Shown here piece by piece: positions 9,740 through 18,888 of a stretch of DNA of 31,682 bases; position 1 is the first letter of the stretch, and every line of letters starts with the position of its first letter. The stretch covers positions 1 to 31,682 of IMG/VR virus record IMGVR_UViG_3300020594_000010, one strand, 5' to 3'. The DNA is from a virus. Taxonomy: Duplodnaviria > Caudoviricetes. Below the pieces are notes generated by a model. That model saw nothing but the letters and a program-made list of their open reading frames with translations. It did not search any database and was not told the origin of the DNA. The translations under genes were made by a program, and so were the position numbers.

Positions 9740-10111
9740 ATGCATCAGGCAGGCGGACGCATCACGCTCGTCTTCGGAGCCACCCGGTTGTCGCCGCGCG
9801 GCAAGGCGACCATCTATCCCGCGCAGATCAAACACGACATCCAGGTCAACCATGATGGCACCGTCAGCCGCACCACGGCGGCAACGGCGGCGCGCATCGA
9901 GATGACCTTCGATAGGGGCGATGGCCGGTTCAAATGGGATTCGACCTTCATGAAAGATTTCGTCGACATGACCCTGCGCGAGACCGACGTCGGCGTGCTG
10001 CACATGGCGACCGGCAGCAGCCTGATCGGTGAGCCGGCGATCGACACCGAAACCGGCGAAGTCTCCGGCCTGTCGATCGCGACCGACAGTTATACGCAGG
10101 TCCGGATCTGA
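9740..10111 (+). CDS. Tail tube protein (Mu gpM-like)
   Basis: 123 aa directly after sheath. AGGRITL N-terminus and DTETGEVSGL C-terminus. Confidence 0.8.
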   Translation: MHQAGGRITLVFGATRLSPRGKATIYPAQIKHDIQVNHDGTVSRTTAATAARIEMTFDRGDGRFKWDSTFMKDFVDMTLRETDVGVLHMATGSSLIGEPAIDTETGEVSGLSIATDSYTQVRI

Positions 10112-10113
10112 CG

Positions 10114-10488
10114 ATGGCGAACAAGCGTGTCATCCTGGCCAAGCCGCTGGAAGGCCACAACAAGACGAAAGTCCTGCATTTCGACTTTCGGGAACCAACG
10201 TTCGACGAGTATTTCCAAAACGGCGATCCTCGCGTACCGATGATCACGCAGGGCGTCCTGTTCCATCAGGAAATCCCCGACGTCATCCGCAAATATGCCG
10301 ACCTGCTTTTGGTCGGCGGCGATCCCAACATTATGGCGGGCGCCGGCCTCGCCGACACGCTGAGAATCAAGGAGTGCATCCTCGGTTTTTTCCAGGCGGC
10401 GGAGACGATCAACGCGACCTCATCGGACGCATTGCCGACGAACTCGTCTTCGCCCTCGACTGGGACGCCGGCGCCGTCGGACGCATGA
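10114..10488 (+). CDS. Tail assembly chaperone
   Basis: 124 aa between tube and tape measure. LAKPL...FREPT motif. Contains slippery heptamer T TTT TTC at 10386-10392. Confidence 0.8.
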   Translation: MANKRVILAKPLEGHNKTKVLHFDFREPTFDEYFQNGDPRVPMITQGVLFHQEIPDVIRKYADLLLVGGDPNIMAGAGLADTLRIKECILGFFQAAETINATSSDALPTNSSSPSTGTPAPSDA

Positions 10489-10553
10489 CGCTGTCAGCAA
10501 TGTTCTACTGGCATCAACGCGCCGTGCTCTGGCAGCAGAAGCAAAAGGGCTGA
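10114..10553 (+). CDS. Frameshift-extended tail chaperone (gpE+E'/gpGT-like, -1 shift at 10386-10392, ~146 aa)
   Basis: The -1 frame after the heptamer reads ...FPGGGDDQRDLIGRIADELVFALDWDAGAVGRMTLSAMFYWHQRA, which resembles P2 gpE'. It stops at 10553, 5 nt before the tape measure ATG. Confidence 0.75.
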
Positions 10554-10558
10554 CCTGA

Positions 10559-12679
10559 ATGGCGTCGACCAAGGTCCTGGAAGCGCGCGCGATCATCACC
10601 GCTCAGGACAGCACCGGCAATACGTTCAACACGATTGCCAACAAGGTGAATGCGATCGGCCGTTCGGCCCAGGCGGTGAACCGCAATGTCGGCGCCGTCA
10701 ATCAGACCTTGCAGACGCAGGCTCGCTTCGGCAAGGCGCTCAGCTCGGCTGCCGGTGTCGCGGCTGTCGTTGCCGCGCACAAGGTCAAGGAAGTCGCCGC
10801 CAAGGTCGTCGAGACGTATCGTGAATTCGACGATCTACGCCGCTATCAGAAAGCCATCCTGCATCTCTCCGACGAGCAGCAGAAACCGCTGATCGACCAA
10901 GCACTGAAACTCGGATCGACGACGAAGTTCAACGATCTGCAGGTGCTGGAGGCGCAGCTCGATCTGGCGCAGCGCGGTATCAAGGAAAACATGATCCGCC
11001 CCATAATCGAGATGGCGGCCAATTACGGGCAGGCGATGAACACGTCGCTGCCCGATGCAGCCAAGACCCTTGAGGGTATCATCTTCTCGACGGGTCAGCA
11101 TATGGAAGATGCCGGCGAGGCATTGGCCAACGCCAACAAGACCGTGAATTTCGCTGTGAAGCTGGCGAAGATCGGTGGCCTCGGCAACGAGGACGTGCAG
11201 CAGTTCTTCAAGTTCGGCGGTGCGTCCGGCCATGTCGCCGGCCTGTCAATGGAGACGATGGGCGCGCTGGCGGCCATCATGCGGCGGTCCAACATCCGCG
11301 GCGATGAGGCGGGCGTCGCGGTGCGCTCGATCGCCGGCGCATTGGTGTCTCCGACGAAGAAGGGCATGGACGCCCTGGCCGCGATGGGCATCAACTATTC
11401 ACAATTCACCAAGATGCCGGGCGCGGCCTCATCTGATTCATTCAATACAATGTTTCAGCAGAACCTGGGCAAGAAGCTCAGCGCCAGGCAGTTGGCGGCG
11501 GTACAGGGTGTGCTCGGCGATGCGGACGTCATGGGTGAGCGCGGCGCCTTCATGTCGGCAATGATGCCGATCATCGGCGAAGGCTTCCAGCGTAACAAAA
11601 AGGGAGAACTGACTGCCGCGTCGCAGGCGCAACTGGGCAAAGTGCTGCAGACCTTTCACAAGATGATCGTGGAGTCCGTCGACACCGAAGGCCTGCTGCG
11701 CGCGATCATCGCCAATAAGCCGTCGGCGGCCCAGTTGAATGCCTTCTTTACCAAGCAGCAGGGCGGTCGCATGGGCACGGTGACCCAGCACGGTGTCAAG
11801 CTGTTCGACGACTATCGCGAGCAGCTGCGTAGGGCGCCGGATGATTTCGCCGCCTCGATCGCCAACGAGCGAATGGGCGGCTTTGCGGGGGCGGCATCGC
11901 GAGCCGAAGGCGCGCTGATGAACCTGTATACGGCGCTTGGCCGCGCCAACGATGGCATGCTGACGTTCGGCGCCAACCTGACGGCCGGCACACTCAACCA
12001 TCTCTCGAAACTCGGTGACACGGCCCTGCAGGCGACCTCGCAGTTGGGTCTGTTCGCGGCGGCGCTGCTGGCCGCCAAAACGGCGGGCGTTCTCGGCGAC
12101 GTCGCCAAGCACGCGCGTGGCATGCCGGTCGGAGCGCCGAGCGGCGCGGTGCCCTTGCTCGGCGTCGCAGGCACGATCGCCATCGGCGGCTACAACCTGT
12201 CGAAATATTCGACGGACACGATTTTCAGCGATCCGGAATCCTTCAAGGGCATCGCGACAAACCCTTTGCTTGGCGCCATGGCGCCCGACATGGCTCTTGG
12301 CGCCGCGGTCGCCAATCTCGACGCCATCAAGGCCGAGCAGGCGCGCGAGGTCGCGGCCTGGAAGGCAAGGCAGGATTTTACGCTTGGGTCGATGGGTGGT
12401 TTTCAGAAGAGTCCCCTCGGCGGCATCGATACTCGCACGCTTGGTTATATGGACAATCTGCAAATCAAACGGCTGAAGAATTCTCCCGTCGGTCGCGAGA
12501 ACATGGTGTCGCTTGATCCCAATTCGAAGGTGGATGTCAAAATCACCTATGAAGTGAAGCCCTCGTCGCAACTGCTCGATATCGTCAACACCGCCAAATC
12601 CGTCTCGTCAGCCGGCAATGCAAACGGCTCGATCGGTGGCGTCGGCACAACCGGCGTCGGCGCCAGCGCAGGTCAATGA
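10559..12679 (+). CDS. Tail tape measure protein
   Basis: 706 aa, Ala/Gly-rich and helical. Tape-measure core motifs (ALKLGSTTKF, GDEAGVAVRS, MDALAAMGI). Canonical position. Confidence 0.93.
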   Translation: MASTKVLEARAIITAQDSTGNTFNTIANKVNAIGRSAQAVNRNVGAVNQTLQTQARFGKALSSAAGVAAVVAAHKVKEVAAKVVETYREFDDLRRYQKAILHLSDEQQKPLIDQALKLGSTTKFNDLQVLEAQLDLAQRGIKENMIRPIIEMAANYGQAMNTSLPDAAKTLEGIIFSTGQHMEDAGEALANANKTVNFAVKLAKIGGLGNEDVQQFFKFGGASGHVAGLSMETMGALAAIMRRSNIRGDEAGVAVRSIAGALVSPTKKGMDALAAMGINYSQFTKMPGAASSDSFNTMFQQNLGKKLSARQLAAVQGVLGDADVMGERGAFMSAMMPIIGEGFQRNKKGELTAASQAQLGKVLQTFHKMIVESVDTEGLLRAIIANKPSAAQLNAFFTKQQGGRMGTVTQHGVKLFDDYREQLRRAPDDFAASIANERMGGFAGAASRAEGALMNLYTALGRANDGMLTFGANLTAGTLNHLSKLGDTALQATSQLGLFAAALLAAKTAGVLGDVAKHARGMPVGAPSGAVPLLGVAGTIAIGGYNLSKYSTDTIFSDPESFKGIATNPLLGAMAPDMALGAAVANLDAIKAEQAREVAAWKARQDFTLGSMGGFQKSPLGGIDTRTLGYMDNLQIKRLKNSPVGRENMVSLDPNSKVDVKITYEVKPSSQLLDIVNTAKSVSSAGNANGSIGGVGTTGVGASAGQ

Positions 12680-12692
12680 AAGGCTTTCAGTA

Positions 12693-13871
12693 ATGGCGCG
12701 CGACTGGCTCTGGCCGAAGGCCTCCTTCAAGGGTGCCGAATTCTACGTCGAACAGCAGCAGCTGCCCGGCGGCAATCGCATCATCAAGCACACCTATCCC
12801 TATTCGAACAAACACGATATCGAGAACCTCGGTCGCAACCCCGATACGTTTCAGGTGAACGCCTATTTCGCCTCGGAAACGGCCGACGCGGATTCGCAGG
12901 CCCTGAAGGCCGCGCTGGAGAACGACGGGCCCGGTCTCCTGATGCTGCCGATGTTCGGCGCGCAATTCGTGCAGGCTGACACCTGGTCCCGGGAGTGGAA
13001 CCAGGCAAAGCTCAATTACGTCGGCTTCTCGATCCTCTTCACGGAAGCCAGCACATCGGACAGTCCCGCTTCGGAAGGCATGGGCGAGCGCGAGCTGGCC
13101 GACATGACGTCGGGCTTCGGCGACGTGCTGTCGGGCGCGGTCGACGCGCTGTTCACGGCCGTCGCGCCGCTGGCCTTCGCCCTGGCCGACGCCGGCGAGG
13201 CGCTGCTCGACTTCGCGGACACTCTGGCGACCGTCGCCGACGGCCTCTCGCTGCCCTCGCAGGTGGCGCAGGTGATTGCCGCCAGCCTCGACGATGGCAC
13301 GCGTGCCCTGCAGTCGGGTGCATTCAGACCGGGGCAGGCGACCGGCAATCTGTGCGACCTGCTCGACCTCGCCGTCACCGAGGCACAGGCCTCGGCGCCG
13401 GCCGACATTCTGTCCACTGCCGCCGCCGCCATGCTCGATCAGGCCAACGCCCTGCAGAGCGGCGCTGTGACGCCGGCCGCCGCCGCCATCCCGGTTGCCG
13501 GCGCCATGGCCTTCATCGCGTCGGCCCTGCGCTGCCTGGCGATCGCCTCCTATACGGATCGTCGCCAGGCGATCGCGGCGCGCGACCGCATGGCGACGCT
13601 GGCCCAGGCTGTGCAGCCGCTCTACGGGCAGCTGGGGCCCGACGCCGTTGCCGCCTTCGATGCGGTGTGGGGCGAGGCCGCCATTCATCTGTCAGGCCGC
13701 ATCGCCAGCCTGGCGCCGGTCGTCGCGGTCGAGATCAACCGCTCGATGCCGTCCACCGTCATCGCCTATACGCTCTATGGCGATCCGTCACGGGCGACCG
13801 ATCTCGTCGCGCGCAACCGCATCGCCGCGCCGCTGCTGATGCCGACGCGCTTCGAGGCCGCTGCAACATGA
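12693..13871 (+). CDS. DNA circularisation protein, Mu gpN-like
   Basis: ATG 12693 (MARDW..KASFKGAEFYVE, HTYPY, ENLG). C-terminal PSTVIAYTLYGDPSRATDLVARNRI motif. Confidence 0.9.
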   Translation: MARDWLWPKASFKGAEFYVEQQQLPGGNRIIKHTYPYSNKHDIENLGRNPDTFQVNAYFASETADADSQALKAALENDGPGLLMLPMFGAQFVQADTWSREWNQAKLNYVGFSILFTEASTSDSPASEGMGERELADMTSGFGDVLSGAVDALFTAVAPLAFALADAGEALLDFADTLATVADGLSLPSQVAQVIAASLDDGTRALQSGAFRPGQATGNLCDLLDLAVTEAQASAPADILSTAAAAMLDQANALQSGAVTPAAAAIPVAGAMAFIASALRCLAIASYTDRRQAIAARDRMATLAQAVQPLYGQLGPDAVAAFDAVWGEAAIHLSGRIASLAPVVAVEINRSMPSTVIAYTLYGDPSRATDLVARNRIAAPLLMPTRFEAAAT

Positions 13872-14956
13872 TCGATGAAAAGGTTGCTGTCGTCGCCGGC
13901 GGGGATAAATATTTCCGCTGGGAGAGTGTCAGTATTCAGGCTGGCGCAGGTCAGGCTGCGCGCTCGTTCGTGATCGTCACCGCAGAGCCGGATCAGATGT
14001 TCGGCGACGACTGGGTGTTCAAACCGGGCACGCCTGTCGAGATTTATGCGACCGACGACCTGCTGCTGAAAGGCTATGTGGACGATTACGAGCCGCAATA
14101 TTCGGACACCCAGCACACGGCCACGATTACCGGTCGGTCAAAGTCGCAGGATATTATTGACTGCTCCGCCATGCATCAGACTGGTGAGTTACGCGATAAG
14201 AACCTGAAGCAGATCGCCGAAGAGTTAGACAAGTTTGGTATCGGATTCGATTCCAATGTCGATCTGAAAAGCATCCCGCTGCATCGCATCGTGCCCGGCG
14301 CCACCGGGTTTGAAGAATTGGACGTGCTGGCGCGATCGCAGGGCTTGTTGCTGATCGGTGAAGGCAATGGGCGGGTGATGATTACGCGGGCCGGAGAATC
14401 CGGGCGCCATGCTGGCGGCTTGATCGGGGGCGTCAACATCAAGGAAGCCTCGGCGAAACTCTCCGCCAAGGGTAAACATTCGAAAGTTATTGCCAAGGGT
14501 CAGAAACCATTCGGCGTCGGCGTCAGTTCCCTGCGTCTCGAACATGAGGCATCCGATGACAGCGTCAATCGATACCGTCCGCTGATCGTGCCAGTCGAGG
14601 GCGACACCGATCAGGGCAGGGTGGCGCAGCGCGCTGAATGGCATGCGGCCCGCTCAGCGGGGTTCAGCACCCAGGCCAGCATCCTGACATCGGGCTGGCG
14701 CGACGAAAAAGGCGCTCTCTGGGATCCGAAGAAACTCGTCTATGTCGAGGATCGACGCTTGAAAATAGCGCAGGATATGGCGATTTCGTCGGTCACTTTC
14801 GAACAGCAGAACCAGACCGGTACGACCTCCCGCTTGGCGGTCGTCGATCCGCGCGCGCTCGGTGGCAAGAATCCGAAGGGCAAGAGCAACGGCGCCTGGT
14901 CGGCTCCGTCGCCGCCGCCGGCTGCGCCGTCCTGGGCGCTTGATCCGGCGACCTGA
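13868..14956 (+). CDS. Baseplate hub protein, Mu gpP/gp44-like
   Basis: ATG 13868 overlaps the gpN stop (ATGA). WESVSI, GRSKSQDIIDCSA, RYRPLIV and GWRDEKGALW motifs. Confidence 0.9.
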   Translation: MIDEKVAVVAGGDKYFRWESVSIQAGAGQAARSFVIVTAEPDQMFGDDWVFKPGTPVEIYATDDLLLKGYVDDYEPQYSDTQHTATITGRSKSQDIIDCSAMHQTGELRDKNLKQIAEELDKFGIGFDSNVDLKSIPLHRIVPGATGFEELDVLARSQGLLLIGEGNGRVMITRAGESGRHAGGLIGGVNIKEASAKLSAKGKHSKVIAKGQKPFGVGVSSLRLEHEASDDSVNRYRPLIVPVEGDTDQGRVAQRAEWHAARSAGFSTQASILTSGWRDEKGALWDPKKLVYVEDRRLKIAQDMAISSVTFEQQNQTGTTSRLAVVDPRALGGKNPKGKSNGAWSAPSPPPAAPSWALDPAT

Positions 14957-15420
14957 TGCGCGGCTATCGCTCCCAGATCACCCGTGCCGAGCTGACGGCG
15001 ACGAACGATGGCGACGGCGAACAGACCGTCGATCTTTATGGCTTCGCCGGAGAGACGTTCACCAAGGTCTACCGCCCGCAGAATTTCGGCATCTCGGCCA
15101 ATCCGCCCGTCGGCGCGACCGGGCTTCTGTTCGCGCCCGGCGGCGAGCGGTCCAAGGCGGTGTTCCTTGGCGGCGAAATGCCCGGCGTGCGGCCGAAGGG
15201 CAATCCGCCGGGAACGGCCGTGCTCTATGACGACAAGGGCAATGTGATCTTCGCCAAGGGCGGCGACGGCATCGAGATCCGCACCACGGACGGAGACGTG
15301 AAGGTCATTCCGATCGCCGGCAAGAAAGTCTTCCTCGGCGGCACCGGTACGGACGGCACCTATGCCGCGGTGTCGACGACGGCGGGCCCATCCATGAATG
15401 TCTTCGCAAAGGTGTCCTGA
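14956..15420 (+). CDS. Baseplate assembly/spike protein, Mu gp45-like
   Basis: QNFGISANPP, GGERS and RPKG..PGTAVLYD motifs. TGATG coupling on both sides. Confidence 0.85.
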   Translation: MRGYRSQITRAELTATNDGDGEQTVDLYGFAGETFTKVYRPQNFGISANPPVGATGLLFAPGGERSKAVFLGGEMPGVRPKGNPPGTAVLYDDKGNVIFAKGGDGIEIRTTDGDVKVIPIAGKKVFLGGTGTDGTYAAVSTTAGPSMNVFAKVS

Positions 15421-15959
15421 TGGTTGCGCTGCGCATTGTCGACGAAGCGATCGCCGCACCGTCGCTGCTGTGGGACACCGTCTGGGATGGCTTCGCCGGC
15501 GACTTCGCGGCGGCGTTGCCGACCGAGCCCGGCAATCGCGGCGGCCTGCGCGCCCGCGCGCCGCTCGAGACGGCGATCCTGCTCTGCCTGATGACCGACG
15601 GCCGGGCCCGTCCGGAAGACGTCATTCCCGACGGCAGCGGCGATCGCCGCGGCTGGGCCGGCGACATGGTCGATCCGACGGCGGCGCCGCTTGGCTCGCG
15701 CCTCTGGCTGCTGCGCCGCCATACGCTTGACGCCGCCACCGCCAGCATGGCCGCGCTGTATGCGCGCGAGGCCCTGCAGACGCTCATCAGCCAGGGCGCC
15801 GTCGCTTCGATCGACGTCACCGGCGAGGCGGTGCTCGAAGAGGGCCGTCTCGCGCTCGCCATCACCTGCTATCGCCGCGACGGCACGCTTGCCGCCGCCA
15901 CAAATTTCGCTTTGTTGTGGGACAAAACCCGTGGCCTTCAATATCCCCTCGATCCCTGA
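15420..15959 (+). CDS. Baseplate protein, Mu gp46-like
   Basis: LETAILLCLMTDGRA, RRGWAGD and LGSRLWLLRR motifs. Confidence 0.9.
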   Translation: MVALRIVDEAIAAPSLLWDTVWDGFAGDFAAALPTEPGNRGGLRARAPLETAILLCLMTDGRARPEDVIPDGSGDRRGWAGDMVDPTAAPLGSRLWLLRRHTLDAATASMAALYAREALQTLISQGAVASIDVTGEAVLEEGRLALAITCYRRDGTLAAATNFALLWDKTRGLQYPLDP

Positions 15960-17019
15960 TCTTGGCTCCCGCATCCGCAATGCCTTCCGCGCCTATCTGC
16001 CGGGCACGGATGCGTTCATTGAGCCGAACAACCTGTCGATTGCCGGCAAGACGTTCACGCTGGTGATGTTCGAGGCCTATCAGCGCCTCGGTTTCCTCTA
16101 CAAGCAGATGTTCGCCTCGACCGCTGACGGCGATCATCTCGAATTCCGCCACGCTGCCGACTATGGCATCGTGCGCAAGCCGGCGACGGCCGCGTCGGGC
16201 CTCGTCACCCTCACGCAGGTGACGCCGGGCGCGCAGACGGTGGCTGCGGGCCTCGTTCTGGTGCGCGACGACGGCACGCTCTACGCGACGCTCGATTCAG
16301 CCGTCATGTCTGCTGGCACAGCGAGCGTCGCTGTGCGCGCGCAGATCGGCGGCGCCGCCACCAATGCGCCGGCTGGGTCGTCGCTCACCATCGACCAGAC
16401 GAGCGGCGTGCCGAACCTGCTGGATGTTGCGATCGTCGGGACGGGCGGTCTCGGCGGCGGCGCGGATGCGGAAGCCGACGAGGAATTGCGCGCGCGCGTG
16501 CTGCTGCGCAAACAGGCGCCGCCGCGCGGTGGCAATGCAGCCGATTATATCCGCTGGGCTCTGGACGTTCCGGGTTGCACCCGCGCCTTCGTCTCGCCCT
16601 TCGTGCCGAACGTCGATGGCGTCACGGTGTTTCCGCTGTTCGACGACACCCGCGTCAACGGCATTCCAAAGTCGGAAGATCTCGATGCGGTGCTGGCCTA
16701 TATTGAACCGCTGCGGCCGATCACCGCCGATGTCTTTGTCGCCGCGGCCACGCCATATCCGATCGACGTTGGCGTCAGCGGCCTCGTGCCCGACAATGCC
16801 CGCGTACGCGGCGCCATCCAGGCGACGTTGAACGCCATCATTCGCGATCGCTGTCCGCTGTCGACGGCGGCCGATCCTTTTGTCCTTCCCCGCGCGTGGA
16901 TCGACGAGGCGGTGTCGCGCGCCACCGGCGAGCAGCGCCACACGCTGACGGCGCCTTTGACCGATCTGACCATCCCGGCCGGCAATCTGCCGGTGCCGGG
17001 CGCGCTGACGTTCAGCTGA
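15931..17019 (+). CDS. Baseplate J-like wedge protein (Mu gp47)
   Basis: Probable GTG start 15931. TADGDHLE, GGADAEADEELRARVL and PRGGNAADYIRWAL motifs. Confidence 0.92.
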   Translation: MAFNIPSIPDLGSRIRNAFRAYLPGTDAFIEPNNLSIAGKTFTLVMFEAYQRLGFLYKQMFASTADGDHLEFRHAADYGIVRKPATAASGLVTLTQVTPGAQTVAAGLVLVRDDGTLYATLDSAVMSAGTASVAVRAQIGGAATNAPAGSSLTIDQTSGVPNLLDVAIVGTGGLGGGADAEADEELRARVLLRKQAPPRGGNAADYIRWALDVPGCTRAFVSPFVPNVDGVTVFPLFDDTRVNGIPKSEDLDAVLAYIEPLRPITADVFVAAATPYPIDVGVSGLVPDNARVRGAIQATLNAIIRDRCPLSTAADPFVLPRAWIDEAVSRATGEQRHTLTAPLTDLTIPAGNLPVPGALTFS

Positions 17020-17032
17020 TCGGGATTGCTGG

Positions 17033-17758
17033 ATGACAGTCTGTCCTGACATCGGCAACCCGATCGGGTTCGCCGAGGATGCGCTGGCGCGGCCGACCGG
17101 CGATGCTTTGCTGGAGCCGACCCTGGCGCAACTGCCACGCGGCGGCGCCTGGCGCACGGATGAAATGGCCGATGCCGATCATTCGTCGTTCCTGCATCGC
17201 TTCTGGCGTGCCGTCTGCGAGCCGCTGGCCGACCTCTACCGCGCCATGTGGGAAACAGCCCTGCAGGGCACCTCGTCGACGGTGACATGGTCTCTCGACG
17301 ACTGGGAAGTCGATTACGGCCTGCCGGAGACCTGCGGCGCCACGACGGACGATCCTACGCTGCGCCTGCGCGAGCTGCGCTGGAAGATCGCCGTGGAGCC
17401 GTCGGCCTCGATCGACCATTTCATCTGCCTCGCCGCCCATTGGGGTTACGACATCTGGATCGAGGAAATTCACTGGTTCGAATTCGGCCGATCGTCCTTC
17501 GACGGCGGAGATCCACCGGGCGGCCTCGTCGATGGTGGCTATCGCCCGGACTCGCTCGGCCCATCGACCTATCCGACGCGGCCGCCGAGGTGGTGGATCG
17601 TCCACATCACTGGCCTGACCGCGCCTGTGCATTTCGAATTCGGCTACTCGGCCTTTGGCCAGCGCCTGCTCGATTTCACCGAGGCCACCGATCTCGAATG
17701 CGCCATCCGCCGCGATGCGCCGGCGCACACGATTCCACTGTTCGATTACGGCTCTTAA
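17033..17758 (+). CDS. Baseplate wedge protein, Mu gp48 / YmfQ (DUF2313)-like
   Basis: LPRGGAW, LDDWEVDYGLPETC and LECAIRRDAPAHT motifs. Confidence 0.88.
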   Translation: MTVCPDIGNPIGFAEDALARPTGDALLEPTLAQLPRGGAWRTDEMADADHSSFLHRFWRAVCEPLADLYRAMWETALQGTSSTVTWSLDDWEVDYGLPETCGATTDDPTLRLRELRWKIAVEPSASIDHFICLAAHWGYDIWIEEIHWFEFGRSSFDGGDPPGGLVDGGYRPDSLGPSTYPTRPPRWWIVHITGLTAPVHFEFGYSAFGQRLLDFTEATDLECAIRRDAPAHTIPLFDYGS

Positions 17759-17776
17759 TTCTCCCGGGAGACCTGC

Positions 17777-18532
17777 ATGCAATATGTTCCGCCGATCGGC
17801 TCGGTCGATCCGAACGCACCCTATGTCGAGGGCAATCCTGGCACTGGCACGCGCGGTTCGTTTCCGCCCGCGCGGGGTTTCGAGGTTGTGCTGCGCGAGA
17901 TCGCCAATGCGATCACAGCGTCCGGCCAGACGCCTGACGATGCCGATCTGACGCAGCTCACGCAGGCCATTCAGCAGATGGCGCAAGCGCGTGGCGCGCC
18001 GGCAGGCTCGATCATGATGTTCGCCGGCGCCGCGGCGCCAGCCGGCTGGCTTCTGTGTTATGGTCAGGCAATCTCGCGCACAGATTATGCCGGCCTTTTC
18101 GCCGCGATCGGCATCACCTTCGGCGGCGGCGACGGCAGCACGACATTCAACCTTCCCGATCTCCGCGGCCGCGTCGGCGCCGGCAAGGATGACATGGGCG
18201 GGGTCGCGGCAAACCGGCTGACCAGCGGCACGATCACGGGCGGCGCCACGACGCTCGGCAAGGTTGGGGGCGAAGAAAAACACCAGCTCACGAAAGCGGA
18301 GCTGCCAAACTATAATCTGACCGTCACCGACCCAGGTCACGTCCATGGCGTTCAGCGCGCCAACATCGCTTCGTCCGGCGCCCAATACAGTCTGTTTGGC
18401 GCGGCGGGCAGCCAGCCGGATAGAAATACAGAGTCCGCGACGACCGGCATTTCTGTTGCCAGCGGCGGCAGCGACACGGCGCACACCAACGTGCAGCCGA
18501 CGATGATCCTCAATTTCATCATCCGCGTCTGA
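17777..18532 (+). CDS. Short tail fibre protein with phage tail-collar domain
   Basis: N-terminal baseplate-anchor motif (EIANAITASG..PD..DLTQL). Collar motif PAGSIMMFAG..APAGWLLCYG...GGDGSTTFNLPDLRGR. C-terminal NVQPTMILNFII. Confidence 0.9.
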   Translation: MQYVPPIGSVDPNAPYVEGNPGTGTRGSFPPARGFEVVLREIANAITASGQTPDDADLTQLTQAIQQMAQARGAPAGSIMMFAGAAAPAGWLLCYGQAISRTDYAGLFAAIGITFGGGDGSTTFNLPDLRGRVGAGKDDMGGVAANRLTSGTITGGATTLGKVGGEEKHQLTKAELPNYNLTVTDPGHVHGVQRANIASSGAQYSLFGAAGSQPDRNTESATTGISVASGGSDTAHTNVQPTMILNFIIRV

Positions 18533-18541
18533 GGCGTCGCT

Positions 18542-18886
18542 ATGGCTCTCCGGATGCTCGACACCGAAGACTGGCTGATCGCCGCGCGCCTTGCCTGGCG
18601 AGATCCAGATACTGGCATTCTCACGCCACTGCCGGTGAACGCAGCCGATCTCGCCATCTCGTTTTCGACGGCAGCGGGCGCGCCTGTCGGCGACGGCACG
18701 ATCGTCATCGCCGATAGCGAGCAGGGCAGGTTGTTCATCGCCGTCAAACGGGATGCCCGGGCACCGCTCGATTTTGGCGATGCGCAAACGCTGAGCGTCT
18801 TCGGCGACCTGATGGCTCGGGAGAGCGCCGTCGTCGATTGGCGGTCGCGCGGCCGCATCTCACTGACTGTTTTCAAGGGGCATTGA
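18542..18886 (+). CDS. Hypothetical tail-associated (adaptor-like) protein
   Basis: 114 aa with GAGG RBS, in the operon between the two fibre genes. Confidence 0.6.
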   Translation: MALRMLDTEDWLIAARLAWRDPDTGILTPLPVNAADLAISFSTAAGAPVGDGTIVIADSEQGRLFIAVKRDARAPLDFGDAQTLSVFGDLMARESAVVDWRSRGRISLTVFKGH

Positions 18887-18888
18887 TA

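Noticed and set aside
12995-13867. N-terminal 291 aa of the 653-aa ORF, and similar upstream extensions at 8105, 12618, 15691 and 18838
   Set aside because: These overlap the upstream genes in another frame. Family-typical N-termini and RBS or stop-start overlaps point to later starts (13868, 8189, 12693, 15931, 18889).
1793-18787. Long minus-strand ORFs (e.g. 1793-3103, 3388-5076, 8198-10003, 11438-12571, 17012-18787)
   Set aside because: Antisense shadows of well-supported + strand genes in high-GC DNA. They are Arg/Gly-rich with no recognisable motifs.
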